A stretch of DNA of 64,000 nt from positions 142,083,263 to 142,147,262 of the forward strand of contig NC_052154.1 of assembly GCF_902713615.1 (NCBI RefSeq). The letters run 5' to 3'. Of this stretch, positions 13,783-27,139 are shown piece after piece. Each line of letters starts with the position of its first letter. Positions within the stretch are counted from its first letter, which is position 1. A program made the position numbers and the translations under genes. The notes beneath the pieces were generated by a model. It worked only from the letters and a program-made list of their open reading frames with translations, did no database searches and was not told the DNA's origin. The stretch comes from Scyliorhinus canicula. Taxonomy: Eukaryota.

Positions 13783-14085
13783 GCCTAATGACATTTAGCA
13801 CTGTCGCTTCACAGCTCCAGGGTCCCAGGTTCGATTCCCAGCTTGGGTCACTGTCTGCATGTTCTCCCCATATCTGCGTGTGGTTCCTCTGGGTGCTGTG
13901 ATTTCCTCCCACAGTCCAAAGATATGCAGATTAGGTGGATTGTGTCCAAAAAGGTTGGGTGGGTTACTGGATTACAGGGATGGGGTGGAGGTGTGAGTTT
14001 AAGTGGGGTGCTCTTTCTAAGTGCCAGTGCAGACTCGAAGGGCCAAATGGCCTCCTTCTGCACTATAAATTCTATGATTTCCATA
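13783..14085 (+). mobile_element. HE1-like SINE with CR1-type tail
   Basis: ggtcccaggttcgattccc B-box, V-domain-like core, gggccaaatggcctccttctgcac...ttctatgatt tail. Confidence 0.85.
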
Positions 14086-14346
14086 TTCTGAAATACATTT
14101 AAATAGTAAGAGAATACTTCACTTTCTCTATCATAACCAAGTAATTAATTAAATCACATTCTTATAAATTGTACATTTCTAATCAATGGCTTCCTACAAT
14201 TTCATTACTAAGTGTGAACTACAAAGAAAATGTCACTTCCTGCTTTTCATTAAAATTCTGCTTTCTGTACTCTTTAGGTTGTTGAGTATTCATTTTTGTC
14301 TAATTATAGCTCTGCAAAACACCTTAAGATGTCTTTCTACATGAAT

Positions 14347-14633
14347 GGGCGGCACAGTAGCACAGTGGTTAGCACAGTTACTTCACAATGTCAGGATCCC
14401 AAGTTCGATTCCCGTGTCACTGCCTGTGTGGAGTTTGCACGTTCTCCCCGTGTCTGCGTGGGTTTCATCCGGGTGCTCCGGTTTCTCCCACAAGTCCCAA
14501 AAGACGTGCTGTTAGGTGATTTGGACATTCTGAATTGTCCCTCGGTGTACCTGAATAGGTGCTGGAATGTGGCACAATAACTTCATTGCAGTGTCAATGT
14601 AAGCCGACTTGTGACAATAATAAAGATTATAAT
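14347..14633 (+). mobile_element. V-SINE-like head with an alternative 3' tail
   Basis: gggcggcacagtagcacagtggttagcac head; tail aacttcattgcagtgtcaatgtaagccgacttgtgacaataataaagattat. Confidence 0.8.
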
Positions 14634-14834
14634 TAAGGTGATACTTAAATATAAGTTGCTGCTCTTTGGCAGGAATCTGAAAATTTGAAACCATTTTTGT
14701 GTAATGTGAATGTATCTTTGAGAAAACTGAAGAATAACTGAGCAGGTTTTTTTTCCATTTCTTGACGAGTCTGTTGTCTCAGTGTGAACATAACATATTT
14801 TTGCTCGATTCATCATACTTTCCTCCTTTCACAG

Positions 14835-14897
14835 CAACCAGAGATGTTGAAGCGAATGGTGGTCTACAATTCGTCGTTTTGTTCTAAAGGAAAGCAC
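14835..14897 (+). CDS. USH1C: Harmonin exon (last exon of the isoform-b PST region): QPEMLKRMVVYNSSFCSKGKH
   Basis: Pyrimidine tract and acceptor ctcctttcacag, then 63 nt, then donor gtaaat; phase 0/0. Peptide resembles human harmonin-b PQEMLKRMVVYQTAFRQ as recalled. Confidence 0.85.
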
Positions 14898-15332
14898 GTA
14901 AATAATCAGGAACTTTTATCATGATTTCTTTGATTTTTTTTTGTACATACTCTTTTGATGTAGATATTTTACATGAAGTGGATCTGGGCTTATTACCAAC
15001 CTCTTTTTTGCCTTCATTTCCCATTCTGTACCTTCCCTGCCTTCTAATGGGTATGTGATTTTTCACTGATTTTGTACTTTTCAGTAAACATCGTGAGCTC
15101 AATTCCCCTTACATGAGCGGCAATTTATTTTGCCCTTTTCATGATTCATTGTGCCCCCTCTCCAGCTTAGTAATTCAAACTATGCTAAACTGGAATGACA
15201 AAAGCAAGCCTACATTCACTTATGATTTCCTTGCTGCGTGTTTCCAGTAAACTAGTATCGCTAGGTCAAAATGCTCAAAGACCTCTCCGACTGATGATTC
15301 ACGCACCTTCGTTTCAATATAAAACACAAAAA

Positions 15333-15439
15333 GAAAGACTTGCATTTATAATATCCCTTTCAAGACCACATGACGACCAAACGTGGTTTACAGCCAATTA
15401 AGTACTTATGGAGTGTTGTCACTGTTGTAACGTAGGAAT
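15333..15439 (-). mobile_element. Deu-domain SINE 3' fragment
   Basis: gacttgcattta...tttacagccaattaagtactt...gtcactgttgtaacgtaggaa, homologous to 193-332. Confidence 0.5.
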
Positions 15440-15537
15440 ACCAATATAATTTTTCATTCACTTTCAACATCTGTAGGACTCTTAGAATAAATACCATGAG
15501 GAGATTGATTAAGATTGGCAAATGTTGAAATAAACTA

Positions 15538-16225
15538 CGGGTGAATCTTGAGCCCACACTCGCCACCCGTGGGATTGACGGCGAGGGTGGAAAACCTTGT
15601 GAAAATCGGGCAATGTGATTCTCGCCGGAGAGATTGCGTTTTCTGATTTTCCTCGCCTCTCGCCGTTGCCGTCACAGGATTCACACCCACAAAGGGCGTG
15701 AACCTCATTTTAACAAATTATATTATTAGCAGTCGCCCCGCCAAATGACCCACGCCGCTCTAGCTGCCGATGTCGCCGTCAAATGGGCGCCGCGGGTCTG
15801 CGCATGCGCATGCGGATTGCGACCGGCGCCAATGCGCGCATGCGTAGTGCAACCAGCGCGATTGCGTGCATTTGCGGAACATGGCATAGGGCTACAGGGG
15901 CCGGCGCTGAGCAAAAGAAGCCCCCAGCCTGAGAGTCCAGCCTGTTGATCGGTAGGCCCCAATCACGGGCCAGGCCACAGCGGAGGCCCCCCTCCCCGGG
16001 GTCGGACCCTCCTCCCCCCCCCCCCCCCCCAAACCAGGCCGCCCCGGATGGATGAACGCCGAGGTCAAGCCGGGTAAGACCACATGTGGATGGCGCCAGC
16101 GGGACTCAGATTTGTTCTACATATTCCCGGACCATCCCAGGTGGAGAATCGCTGGGGGGGGCCGCGTAGAGCTCCCGACCGGCGGCGTCACACAATTCCC
16201 ACCTAGCCCGGCGATTTTCCGGCCC
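15538..16225. mobile_element. Composite or nested Harbinger-type MITEs
   Basis: GC-rich with gattctc/gagaatc subterminal motifs and poly-C; similar to 5357-6011. Confidence 0.6.
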
Positions 16226-16599
16226 GGCCTGGGTAAACCAAAGAGTAGAGACAAGGCAAGAGAGAAAGATATTACTATGGGAAATGATGAACCGAACATG
16301 ACTGTAATGCATGGTGAGCACAAATATTAGAGTAAATCAGCAGTCAAGGCTAAAGATTACGAAAATAACACAAGAGCTGGCTCTGGGCAGGATTTACCAT
16401 GCCTCCCCCTCCTCCCGGCGTTCTACCTTCCAAAGACAGGGGAAGTCCACCATTGGCCAGTGGTGGAATTTTCCAGTCTCACTGAAATTTAGGGGTTTTG
16501 TGTGACCCATACCCTCCACTGCTGGACAACATGCCACAGGGGTTGCTGTCAACAGGATCGGAAGATACCGCCAACAGGAACTGCTGAAAAATGTTGGTC

Positions 16600-18170
16600 C
16601 CTGTACCTGAATGCATGTGGCATCTGAGAGAAAACAGATGAACTGATAGTGCAGGTAAAAATAAATCAGTATAGCCACTATAAAGATATGGCTGCAGGGT
16701 GGCATAGATTGGAGCTTGAGTATTGAATGTTACATGACATTTAGGGAGGACAAGAAGCTAGAGAAAGTTGGTGGAGTGGCTCTGTTTATTAATAATAATA
16801 ATCTTTATTAGTGTCACAAATAGGCCTACATTAACACAGCAATAAAGTTGCTATGAAAATAGTATTAGCACAATAAAAAAGATATAATCTAAATTCTGGA
16901 AACCAAGATGTAGAAACCATTTGGATAGAGATGAGGAGCACGATCTACCCAAATGGGGACAGAATCCAGTAGTGCGAGATAAACTGGGTGTTTCGTGGCA
17001 CTTGGAGCGGCCGTGAAGCAGCACGCTATCTAACATCCATCCGGGTAGATCGGGGGCCGCAGAAGGGAACTCCCCAACGAGGTCCCTCTTTCTGTACTGA
17101 GGAGCTCCGCTCGCTGCAACTCAGTGCAGTGAGAGATCGGGACATTATTTTTAAATGGTGTCCCACGCTCTCGAAACCCCAGTGCGACCCCTGAACACTC
17201 CCCAAGCTCTAACTCACTTTAAGAAGGGCCTGCCCCCTCCCACTCATGGCACACCCCAGCTCAATCACCGCCATGCATAAAATGCCAACTTGGCACCTTG
17301 GCAATGCCACAGTGCCCAGGATAGTGCCAGCATACCACCCTGCCCAGAGGACATGCACCTGGAGGCCTCCAATCCCCAGAGCAACCCCAACAAGTGCCAC
17401 TCCATTTGGTCCCCATTTGTGGAGAGCAGAACTGAACGGCGCTCACCCAAGATCTTCAAGGCGAGGGAGTTAGATCCCACCCCTTGGTTAGATCTTGGGA
17501 ATGCATATTAAAGTGAGACTAGCTGTCTCACTCTAATATGCAGATTTACCAGAAAATGATCCCGCCCATATGGGCAGGATTCACATCGCGATATCTCACA
17601 AGATCATGTTACATCTCATTTAGCGTGGCGTACCGGTTGCATTGCACCGCGCTGCTTTACGGGCGCAACAAAACCGGTAGATCCCGCCCGAGAAATCATA
17701 AAGGCAAGAAGTCACTTGTTGGAGTGATGTAAAGGCACCCTAAACGTACTACATGGTGGGACAGATTTAAAGGAAGACATAATGGGAGCTTGTTAGAAAA
17801 ATACGGTTATAATCGTGAGGATTTTAATCTACATACAGGCTGGAAAAATCAGATGAGCAAAGGTAGCTTAGGCAAAGAGTTTTGGGGCTCATTTCTGTCG
17901 CTGCAATCTTCACGTGATTGAAACTTACATTCAGTTTGAGAGAGAAGGGTGGATCCAAGACTAATATTTTAAACTTAAATAAGGGCATTTATCAGATCAT
18001 GAAGACAGAGCTACCTAAAGTGAGCTGGGAAATATGGTTAGGGGATAGCCATTAGAGTGGCAAACACTTAAAGGAATATCTCAGAATAGATATTTTCCAA
18101 CAAAGAAGAAAAATTCCAAGAGGAGGACCCATCATTCACTGTCAACTAAAAATGTTAAAGGTAGTCGGAG
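16600..18170 (+). mobile_element. Decayed CR1 ORF2 endonuclease region, interrupted by a SINE tail and a MITE
   Basis: Remnant WLQGGIDWSLSIE.YMTFREDKK...GGVAL and VETIWIEM|RNHKGKKSLVGV, continuous across the MITE. Confidence 0.7.
16936..17689. mobile_element. Harbinger-type MITE with 3-bp TSD GAG
   Basis: TIRs gagcacgatctacc / ggtagatcccgccc; removing it restores CR1 gagatgagaaatcat. Confidence 0.8.
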
Positions 18171-18524
18171 GGATACTCCCTTTCAAAAACCAAGTGTTGA
18201 CGTCAGGATTAAATCGGTGGACTTCTATGACAGAAAAATTAGCACCGCCCCGGAGCAATTCAGGAACCACTAATGAGCTAGCACCAGCACCACGTAGAAC
18301 ATGACTGATTCCAATGAAGGACGGTGGCAGATTGCCACTCAAGAAGCTAACTAGCTGCAGCCACATATTAGCATTCCACTCTCCACACACACTCAGCCCA
18401 GCCAACAAGATGGCACTGGTTGCGCTGGAGTGTGGCCATCCCATTGATGGGTCGGCTGGGGCCAGAGGGTACCTAGGGGATGCCCTGGGGAGACACCCAT
18501 ATGACCCGTGGCACTACGTTAACA

Positions 18525-19225
18525 GTGACAGAATATCTGTAACATAATTTTTGAGCTTTTATACTCGATATCCCATCCTATGAAGGCAAGTATGCCATAT
18601 GCTTTCTTTACCACCATTTCCACCTGTTTTAAGGCCACTTTTAAGGATCTGTAAGCCTGCACGCCCAGGTCTCTCTGTGTCTCTATGCTCCTGATGGTTC
18701 TGCCATTTATTTTGTAGCTCCCACCTGAATTGAATCTCAAAATGCAGCACCTCGTGCTTGTCTGGATTAAATTCCATCTACCATTTCTCTGACCAATTTT
18801 GCAGCCTATCTATATCCTGTGAGGGGCTGTTTAGCTCACTGGGCTAAATCGCTGGCTTTGAAAGCAGACCAAGGCAAGCCAGCAGCACGGTTCGATTCCT
18901 GTACCAGCCTCCCCAAACAGGTGCCGGAATGTGGCGACTAGGGGCTTTTCACAGTAACTTCATTTGAAGCCTACTCGTGACAATAAGTGATTTTCTTTTT
19001 TTTTCATTTCCTGTTGTATTCTCTGATAATCTTCATCAATATCCGAAACCCCTGCATTCTTAGTATCATGCGCAAACTTGCTAATCAGACCCGCTATGTT
19101 TTCTTTCAAGTCATTTATATATATTACAAAGAGCAGAGGTCCCAGTACTGATCTCTGCAGGACACCACTAGTTACAGACCTCCATTTGGAAAAACACCCT
19201 TCCACTGTTACCCTCTGTCTTCTAT
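18525..19225 (-). mobile_element. CR1 RT fragment (contains SINE 18823-19010)
   Basis: WRSVTSGVLQRSVLGPLLFVIYINDL...ISKFAHDTK; RDLGVQAYRSLKVA...KKAYGILAFIG. Confidence 0.9.
18823..19010 (+). mobile_element. tRNA-derived SINE (different head, same tail as 14347-14633)
   Basis: ggggctgtttagctcactgg A-box, ggttcgattcc B-box; tail cacagtaacttcatttgaagcctactcgtgacaataag; possible TSD tcctgt. Confidence 0.8.
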
Positions 19226-21114
19226 GGCACAGAGGGAGTTGGCCCACACACTGGCTGACGTGGCACAAACCTTCAGGGTGTTGCATTCCCAGACGGAGAT
19301 GCCCTACTCCCTGTGGTCCATGGCCGCAAACGTTCAGACCCTTGTCGTTACCAGAGCGGGCCGCCAGGACTGGCAGCGGCAGGTGGTGGTGGGGCCTCGG
19401 GGGATGGCTCCATTCTCACCCCCGTCCCATGGAGAAGCCCGGGGCCCATCGGGCACCCCGAGGGAGGAGGAGGTGATGGGGCCTGTGCCGATGACTCCTG
19501 CAAGGGGAGTCCCAGAACACCGCAGCACCTCGGACTCCCACCCCTCCTGTCCCTGGTACATCTGGTGAGCAACAGGCAGAACAGGGTGGCACCACGCCAC
19601 CCGGGATGTCGGAGGAGCAGCCGGGCCCATCCAGGCCAGTCACCCCAGGAGACATGCGCCAATGGGGACCCTCGTCGCAGGGCAGGAATTACAGCAGGCC
19701 GCCTCCATTCCTTCTGTACCGTCTGGAGAAACACAAAGGCGTAGTGGTAGGGCCTGTAAGGCTAGAAAATTAGACACTAGTTTAGTTGGCATGGGTGCAG
19801 AACACAGCTTAGATACAGGGGCTGGGACACAGACAGTATATAATTGTTCACATTAAATACCGTTCACACCGTTAAAACCAGCCTTGGTGCTCTGTCTGAT
19901 GGGTGGTGGGGTGGGGTGGTCAGTGATGGCCACTGGGGGTGAGGGGTGGTGGACGAGTGAGGGCCAGTGGGTGGAGCTTGTAGCCCCCCTCCCCCGACCG
20001 TCCCCATCACTTTATCCCCAGCTACTCAACAGGACCGTGTGATGGACGGTCAGGTCGCATGCAGTGATCACCCAGGTGGAAAGTGCTACTGTGGACACAA
20101 GTCAGACATTGTTGAGCATGGAGCTCATCGCTGAGTGGGCTGTTATCATCCTCCATCCCATGGACCAGACCCGCTGTCACTGCCAACCCAGTGCCCCCAG
20201 CTCGTAGTGCTGCAGGTATGTATAACAGAGGGGGGTGTGTATGCGGGTGGTTGGGTGGTGTGGGAGGTGAGGGTGGTTGGTGGTGTGGGAGGTGAGGGTG
20301 TTCGGTGGTGAAGGGGTGCGGTTTTGTGGTGTCCGTGCCCCTGCAGGCAACATCCCTAGTTGGTGAAACATGTCTCAATCAATGTGTCCCGTGCCCACTG
20401 GTCCTGGCGGTATCGCCATGCGGCCTCCTGTGGCCAAGTCCCATGTCCCACTCATTGTCCCCCTTCCCCTCATCCTCCTCATCTGACGAGGTCTACCCTT
20501 GCCCCTCATTCTCCTCCAGCCCATTGCCCCTCTGCTGGGCTATATTGTGCAGGATGCAGCAGGCCACCACAGTGCGACTGACCCTCCGGGCCCCTCCAGA
20601 GTGGTCCTGAAGTGCATTTTCAGGACCCCGAAGCACCTCTGGTCGCACAATGGGCATCATTGTAGCTGTGCTCCGCATCGGTCTGTGGCCTCCGTATAGG
20701 CGTCATCAGCCACGACCGCAACGGTTAAACCCTGTTGTGCAGCAACCAGGTCCGCAGATTGGGGGGGGGTATTCCTCGAACATGTCGGGGATCACAGATT
20801 GTGCCAGTATGAAGGAGTCATGTATACTGCCCAGGTACCAGGCACAGACGTGCAGGATCCGCATCTGTTGATCACAGACCACCTGAGCGTTCATGTAATG
20901 GTACCCCTTCCTGTTCTTGAATAGCAGCCTGTTATCCGCCGGTGGTCGCAGGGTGACATGCACTCCATCGATTACACCTGGGCCCGGGGTAATCGGGCAA
21001 CGGCAGCAAAGCCCTGCCAGCAGCGCCGGCCCTAGGGTTGCTGGCGCCCCGGGCAAGCTGAACTTCGGCGCCCTTCGGGGGGGGGGGGGGGGGCGGGGCC
21101 GGGGGGGGCCCGGG

Positions 21115-21150
<36 letters not shown>

Positions 21151-22362
21151 GGGGGGCGGTGCCGGGGCAGTGCCGGGCGGGGCGGGGCGGGGGAGGCCAG
21201 GGGGGAAGGGGGTGGCGGAGGGGGCCCGAGGGGGGGGGGGGCCGGAGTGACCACCGGCGAGCCTGGATCCATCCGCCATGTTTGTGCGGGGCGGCCTGAG
21301 GGAGGGCGGCCACCGCGCATGCGCTGGTTGCCACCGGCCCAACTGCGCATGCGCGGGACCCGCACTCCTTGATTGCGCCCCCTAGCACATGGCGCCCCGG
21401 GCGACTGCCCGAGTTGCCGGTACCTTGAGCCGGCCCTGCCTGCCAGAGCATCCTGGTGGGCGCTGTCCACTGGGTACTGGATATGCCGGTCCGCAAGGGC
21501 ACACAGGATGTCTGTAACGGATGTACCTGTGCAGCCGATGCCTGGGAAATGCCGGACAGGTCCCCACTCGGCGACTGCAAAGATCCTGTCGCGTAGAAGT
21601 TCAATGCTACCGTCACCTTGTCAACTACTGAGAGCGGGTGTCCTCCCCCATGCACTGCCAGGTGTGCCATCATGTGGCAGATATACCTGACAGTCTCCCT
21701 GCTCATTCGCAGTCTCCTCCTGCTTGCCCGGTCCGGGAGGTCCTCAAAGGACATGTGGTCACGGTAGATGCGTGGCCTCATCGGCACCTCCTTGGCACCA
21801 CCTCCTCCTCCTCCTCCATCTCATCCTATTGGGCAGCCAGCCCTCCAGCCTGAGCTGCTGCCATCTGCCCCTCTGCAGCCCGCTGCTGTGGGGTGGGTGG
21901 CCAGCGAGATGTCCGCCGTAATGGAGCAAAGCCCCTGTCCTGTCGGGGTACCACGACTGCTCAGATTTCCCCTCTCCCCGTTCCCGCCCCTTCCCCAGTC
22001 CTGGCAGGCCCCCCCTCCCCCTGCAGAAAGTACGACAGGTGTCCAATCCGGGAGCCCGCTGTCCCCCCCATGCCACCTCCTACCTCCTCTTGTAGCCGCC
22101 TCAGCCAACACGCCAGCATCACAATTTTTTATAGGACATTAGAAACATGGAAATCAGCCCATCCGAGGCGCAGAATCGCTGAGGCTCCGGAGAATTGGTC
22201 ATCGGGGCAGATAATGGGATGCGTACTGTACTTCCGGGCCGTGTTGGGGGGGCCCGGAGAATGCTGATTCAGTACGAAACCGGCGTTGGTCACGATTTTG
22301 GTGTCGGAGCCGATTCTCTGGCCGATTGCATTTCGGCGTCAACGCACAGAGAACCCAACCCA
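19222..22362 (-). mobile_element. PIF/Harbinger transposon: decayed DDE transposase (-) convergent with the C-terminal part of a Myb-like gene (+)
   Basis: YRDHMSFEDL...RLRMSRETV...KVTVALNFYATGSLQ; GVIDGVHV...NRKGYHYMNAQVVCD...GSIHDSFIL; VACCILHNIA. TIR-like gagaacccaaccc at ~22350-22362; + strand coiled-coil ORF 19224-19568. Confidence 0.88.
21021..21438. mobile_element. hAT-type MITE inserted in the Harbinger transposase
   Basis: Perfect 8-bp TSD CCTGCCAG (21013-21020 / 21439-21446); TIRs cagcgccggccc / gagccggccctg. Confidence 0.85.
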
Positions 22363-22394
22363 AGATTCCAGGTGTGGCGTCACCAACACCCTAA

Positions 22395-22950
22395 ATAACA
22401 GCAGTAAAACATTTCTATTCCTATACTCAAATCCTCTCGCTATGAAGTCCAACATACCATAAGACCATAAGATCTAGGAGCAAAATTAGGCCATTTGGCC
22501 CATCGAGTCTGCTCCACCATCTGGCTGATATGTTCCTCATCCCCATTCTCCTGATCGCCTTATTAATCAACAAATCCCCTTATTAATCAAGAACGGCAGA
22601 TTGCTTGAGGTTACCTACAGAGCTACAAACCAAGAGCTGGAAGGTAGAATTAGACAGAATAGTTATTTCTTAGGACATCGTAACGAGGAGCAGGAGCAAG
22701 CAATTTAGCCTCTCGAGCCTGCTGCATCATTTACTATGACCATGGCTAATCTAATCATGGCCTGAACTCCGTCGTCCTGCGCGTTCTCCATAACCCTTCA
22801 GTCCATTTCCAATTTAAAATCTGTCTAACTCCGCCTTAAACTGACTTACTGTCCCAGCAACCACCTCAATCTGGGGTAGCGCACTCCACAGATTCACAAC
22901 CTTTGTGAGAAGTAGTTCTCCTCACCTCTGTTTTATATTGTCCTTGACCT
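22395..22950 (-). mobile_element. Cluster of CR1 3' fragments
   Basis: ccataagaccataaga tail, aggccatttggcccatcgag, ccacagattcacaac motifs. Confidence 0.7.
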
Positions 22951-23947
22951 CCTTGTTTAGCTATGGTTTAGAATGTTTTTGGCACACCATTTTTTAAAAC
23001 CGTACAGCTTTTTAAAGTTCTTTGTGAAGTTTCTGACAGGTCGAGAGCTGTATAAATGCATATTCTTGTTGCTGAACTTGACAAATTATCACTTGGGAGA
23101 GTTACTCAAGTATGGCTCACACCCAATGGAAACCGCTTCTGGAGAGGAGGAGATAAGGTTGGCATGCAAAAAAAAAACTATTTCCAAGCTCGTTATTTAT
23201 TGTCAAATCCCACAAAAGAGAAAATGTCTTACTGTCATGTAAACAAAGGTACTGTGCGTGGAAGATGGCCTTATAAACTGTACCCATACGAAAGGCAGGA
23301 ATGCAATCTTTAAAAAACACAGTATTGGCAGCAATAAGCTCATAAAACATTGATTGAGGCAGGCAAATTGTCTAATGCAGAGATGAATTAGTTTGTCTTG
23401 AAAGATTGATTGGTTGCAAATGTTGTGTCGCAAATGGAGCTGTGGATATCAATGCCCTTGCCTTTGGTTGTCAGGTGGAATTACAGCACATTGTAAGATA
23501 AGTGCAAATGTTGCCCTCCTGTTATAAAGTGAAATATTTTCAATCTATAGAATGCTATCCTTGTATCTTATTTCAGATCCTGAGAGTTCCCATCATGAAT
23601 CAAAGGAATGATCAATACATATACAGGAGAAACAATTCTGCAATCTCTCTTGGAACTATTACATTTGATTACAACTGATGTGCCTTTTAATAGAGAAAAT
23701 AAGTCAAATTTCCTGAAAACATTGTGTATAAAAATATAAGTAAAGTAAATCTATGGTTGTGCCATTTAATGGGAATGTGATGAAATGATATTTACAGTTA
23801 CAAAACTTAGTGTGATTTAAAAAATCAATCAGTCAGAATAGTACGTGGATATGCAATGTCACTAAACCTGCACGAAAGAAACAGTTTTTGAGACAATGAC
23901 AACAAGTAATGTGAAAAGTAATTTGGCATGGTTTCTTCTTACTTCAG

Positions 23948-23989
23948 GGCTTCCAGAAGTACGTGGAGGACTTTGATCCTTATTCCATG
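23948..23989 (+). CDS. USH1C: Harmonin exon: GFQKYVEDFDPYSM
   Basis: tttcttcttacttcag|GGC...ATG|gtaagt; 42 nt, phase 0/0; resembles human DFRKYEEGFDPYSM. Confidence 0.93.
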
Positions 23990-25341
23990 GTAAGTAATGC
24001 AGCTAATTGGAAGCTAGAAATGAGTTACTACAGCAAAAAAATACCAAACTACTACTGGAAAGAGTAATTGAAGAGAAGAAGGTTTTGATTTTCATCTGTG
24101 TATCATGTGCACAGATTTGGAAGAATACCCAACTCCCTGAGCCTAACTTTGAAAAATGGCTGGCTAGACATCAGAGCCAGACGTCTCAAGCATTGTAATT
24201 GAATTTTACCGCCAGCAGCGCAGCCCCCACCTGCGGGTCTCCAAGCGGCAAATCCTATTGAAAAGTGGTGGAAGTATAGGATCCCGCTACCAGTGAACTA
24301 CACGCTGCTGGGCAACATGTGGCTGGGGAACCGGAGAATCTAGCCCCAGGTCTTTGGTTTGGGGGTGTATTTGGCATTAGGCTATATTACAAGTCATGGC
24401 AGGCGACCCTGGATATAGTGAGGATATTACTGGATGCAGAGTGTGATGGATGGAGGCCTGCCTTAAAGCTCTAGCAGTGTGTCAAGACATCACCTCTCAA
24501 CACTCCCAAACAATCCCCATGCTCCATCCATGCTGACCCATGCCCTGTCATGTCATATAAATGCCTGCCAAAGTGCATCGTACCCTCCAAGACAATCCAT
24601 GCTTCTTTGCCCATGGTCCCTCATACCCTCCATGCCAATCTATGACCCTGTACAAATTCCTGTGGCTCTTTATAGTTCCTGTGCCAACCTAGGGGCAACA
24701 GGCGATCCTGCCCACCACTCTTTATCAATACCCAATATCTACCATGGGCAGACATCAGGACTCATGCAGCGATGAGATAAAACAAAGTTCTGTTAAACGG
24801 AGTTATGTCTATTGAAGACTTCCTCATTGAAAAATAAATTGTCATTCATGAAAACCCATTTACTCCTTCGACTACATAATGCTTTATAACAACAAACCTT
24901 TAGGTATCGGATGTATATGGTGGGTAACTCGACAGCAAGAGGACATTCACTTCATATTGGGAAAACAGAAACCAACTGTGTAGATTTTCTAAATTCTTTG
25001 GCTGGGATTTTCCAGCCTTGTCGGGGGATTCAGCGTCAGGCGGAACTGAAAATCCTGCCCTTTAATTTTTGGTCATGTATTTCCATGTACCAGTGTCCAA
25101 TTGAGCAAAAACAAATGTTTGTTTCTGGATAATGATGATAGATATCTGATCATTAAGTTAAAGTAGTCTAGCAGTTTTGCATTTATGACCTAATAAAGAT
25201 GTACCAAACGATATCCAAACACTTTTGCGCAAGTAAAAAATAAACTAAATGTGGCTATTGACATATAAAAGTATTCTCTTTTTCCACATCCAAATAATAA
25301 ATTAACAAATATATTGACGAATCCTGTGGGCCACACACCAG

Positions 25342-25973
25342 GGGCTGGATTGTCTGTTTGGGAGACTAAGTCCCCACGCCGGTGCGAAAATGGTGGTGTT
25401 TTACACCAGGAAAACTGATGCAAAACGGCCACTGATTCCCCGTTTTGCTGGAGGACTAGTAGGGAGGCAGCGTAGAACTCGCATTTCCGGGTCCGTGGAC
25501 ACGCATGTGCACGGCGGCGGCCTGCAGCAAATGTGGCATTGCTTCATGGCGGACTCAGCCCACGGACCCGGACCACAAAAATATTACCCCACTTTGGCCG
25601 CTCGCACGCCCCGGACCACCCGCCCACAGTTCCCCCAGCCCCGACTGAAAACCTTTCCCTGCCCGCGGATCAGCCTCTCCCAACTGTGGTGGTGCCGGAC
25701 TGAGTCTGCAGCCGCCATGCAAGATTCCTGAACGGTGTGAGCACACGTAACCTACGCCGTCGGGAACTCGGCCGGTCAGGGACGGAGCATCGCGGGGTGG
25801 GCCTCAGGCAATGGTGAGGCCGTGGATACGTAGCATGGCATACTCCTAGAGTACGCCGCTTTTCAGGGGCAGAGAATGTGAAATCCAGCGCCGTCCCCAA
25901 TATTGTCGTCAAAAAGGATTCTCTGCCCTATCGCCGATCGCGATTTCGCCATTGGAAGCGGAGAATCCAGCTC
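25342..25973 (+). mobile_element. Harbinger MITE, TSD CAG
   Basis: TIRs gggctggattgtct / ggagaatccagctc; same family as 44096-44681 and 61741-62413 (ggagactaagtccccacgccgg). Confidence 0.85.
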
Positions 25974-27139
25974 CAGTTTGATAATGTGGTCCACGGTTGT
26001 TTCGATTATCTCTGTTCACCTATGTATAAATGGGTCAACATTGACTGCTAAGGGAGTTCAGTTTGTTTAAGTATTTTTCTGTTGTTCATTATAGCGGAAA
26101 GTGCCAGGTTCAATTGTCACTTTATTTTGACTCGCTGTTCACAATAGGGATAGCAGTTTCAAAAGCAGACCTGTTCTCAGCACTTATGTCTGGATAATGG
26201 AGAGGAAACATCAGACAGATGGGTAAAATAAACAATGCTGTTTGCTGCTATTCACTGGCATCTTGCTTGTATGGAAGTTAAATCATTACAGGGAGGAGGG
26301 TGAGGCATAAATAATATCTCACACAGAATGACATGGCAGCAGCACTTGGCCAGTGACAAATTTTCCCTTTATCTATTTTTATGATGCATCCATCTCTTTC
26401 ATTGCTTCTGGCAGGGTAAATGAATTTGAATTTAAATGAATGGAAACATGTCAGTTCATTGCAAGGTGTGTGCAAGGAGCATTTATAGAAACATGGCTAA
26501 ATTATGCAGAAAGTTCCCAATGTGTTTAAAACATATTTTAAAACCATTGCAAACAGCTCAGATGTTTCTGCTACGGTAATAGAAACAGTGCCTCTTGCAA
26601 CGTATTGCAAACTTTAAATCATTCAGTTCAGACTCATTTCCTGAGCCAACATTGGCAATAAAATTGATATATACATCATAAATCTACTCAATGTGAAGAC
26701 TCATCACTGACCAAAACCTGTTGTGATGCCACTTTGTCTAAACCATTGTGAATGTTCTCTCCAAATCTCGCTTATTAATTTGGTATTAAATACAATGGGT
26801 GTTCGGTGATAATCAAGTATGCTGTTATAAATACCCAGTCATGGTAATCATATTAATGTGTAATTTTTAGTTCTTGTATATATAAAATGTAACTGCAGAA
26901 AATGGATAAATGCAATTGAAGCGGCTTGAAAAGCGGCTCAGAAAGATTGGGGCCAAAAACAATGTTTGGGGCCATGTTGAGATAAGGTATTGCTGGAAAG
27001 GCAAGATAATGAAACAACAGGTGGCTTACCTAGCTGGGGAATTGGAGATGAAGGGCCTAGTCTTACCAGAATGTCAGGCTCAGACAGAAGACTGGTGTGT
27101 AACCCTCCAGCTGCACAGACCAGTTTTCCCATGGAATCC

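Noticed and set aside
20400-21800. Domesticated HARBI1 gene
   Set aside because: Frameshifts, a MITE insertion, a nearby TIR and an intronic position indicate a dead transposon.
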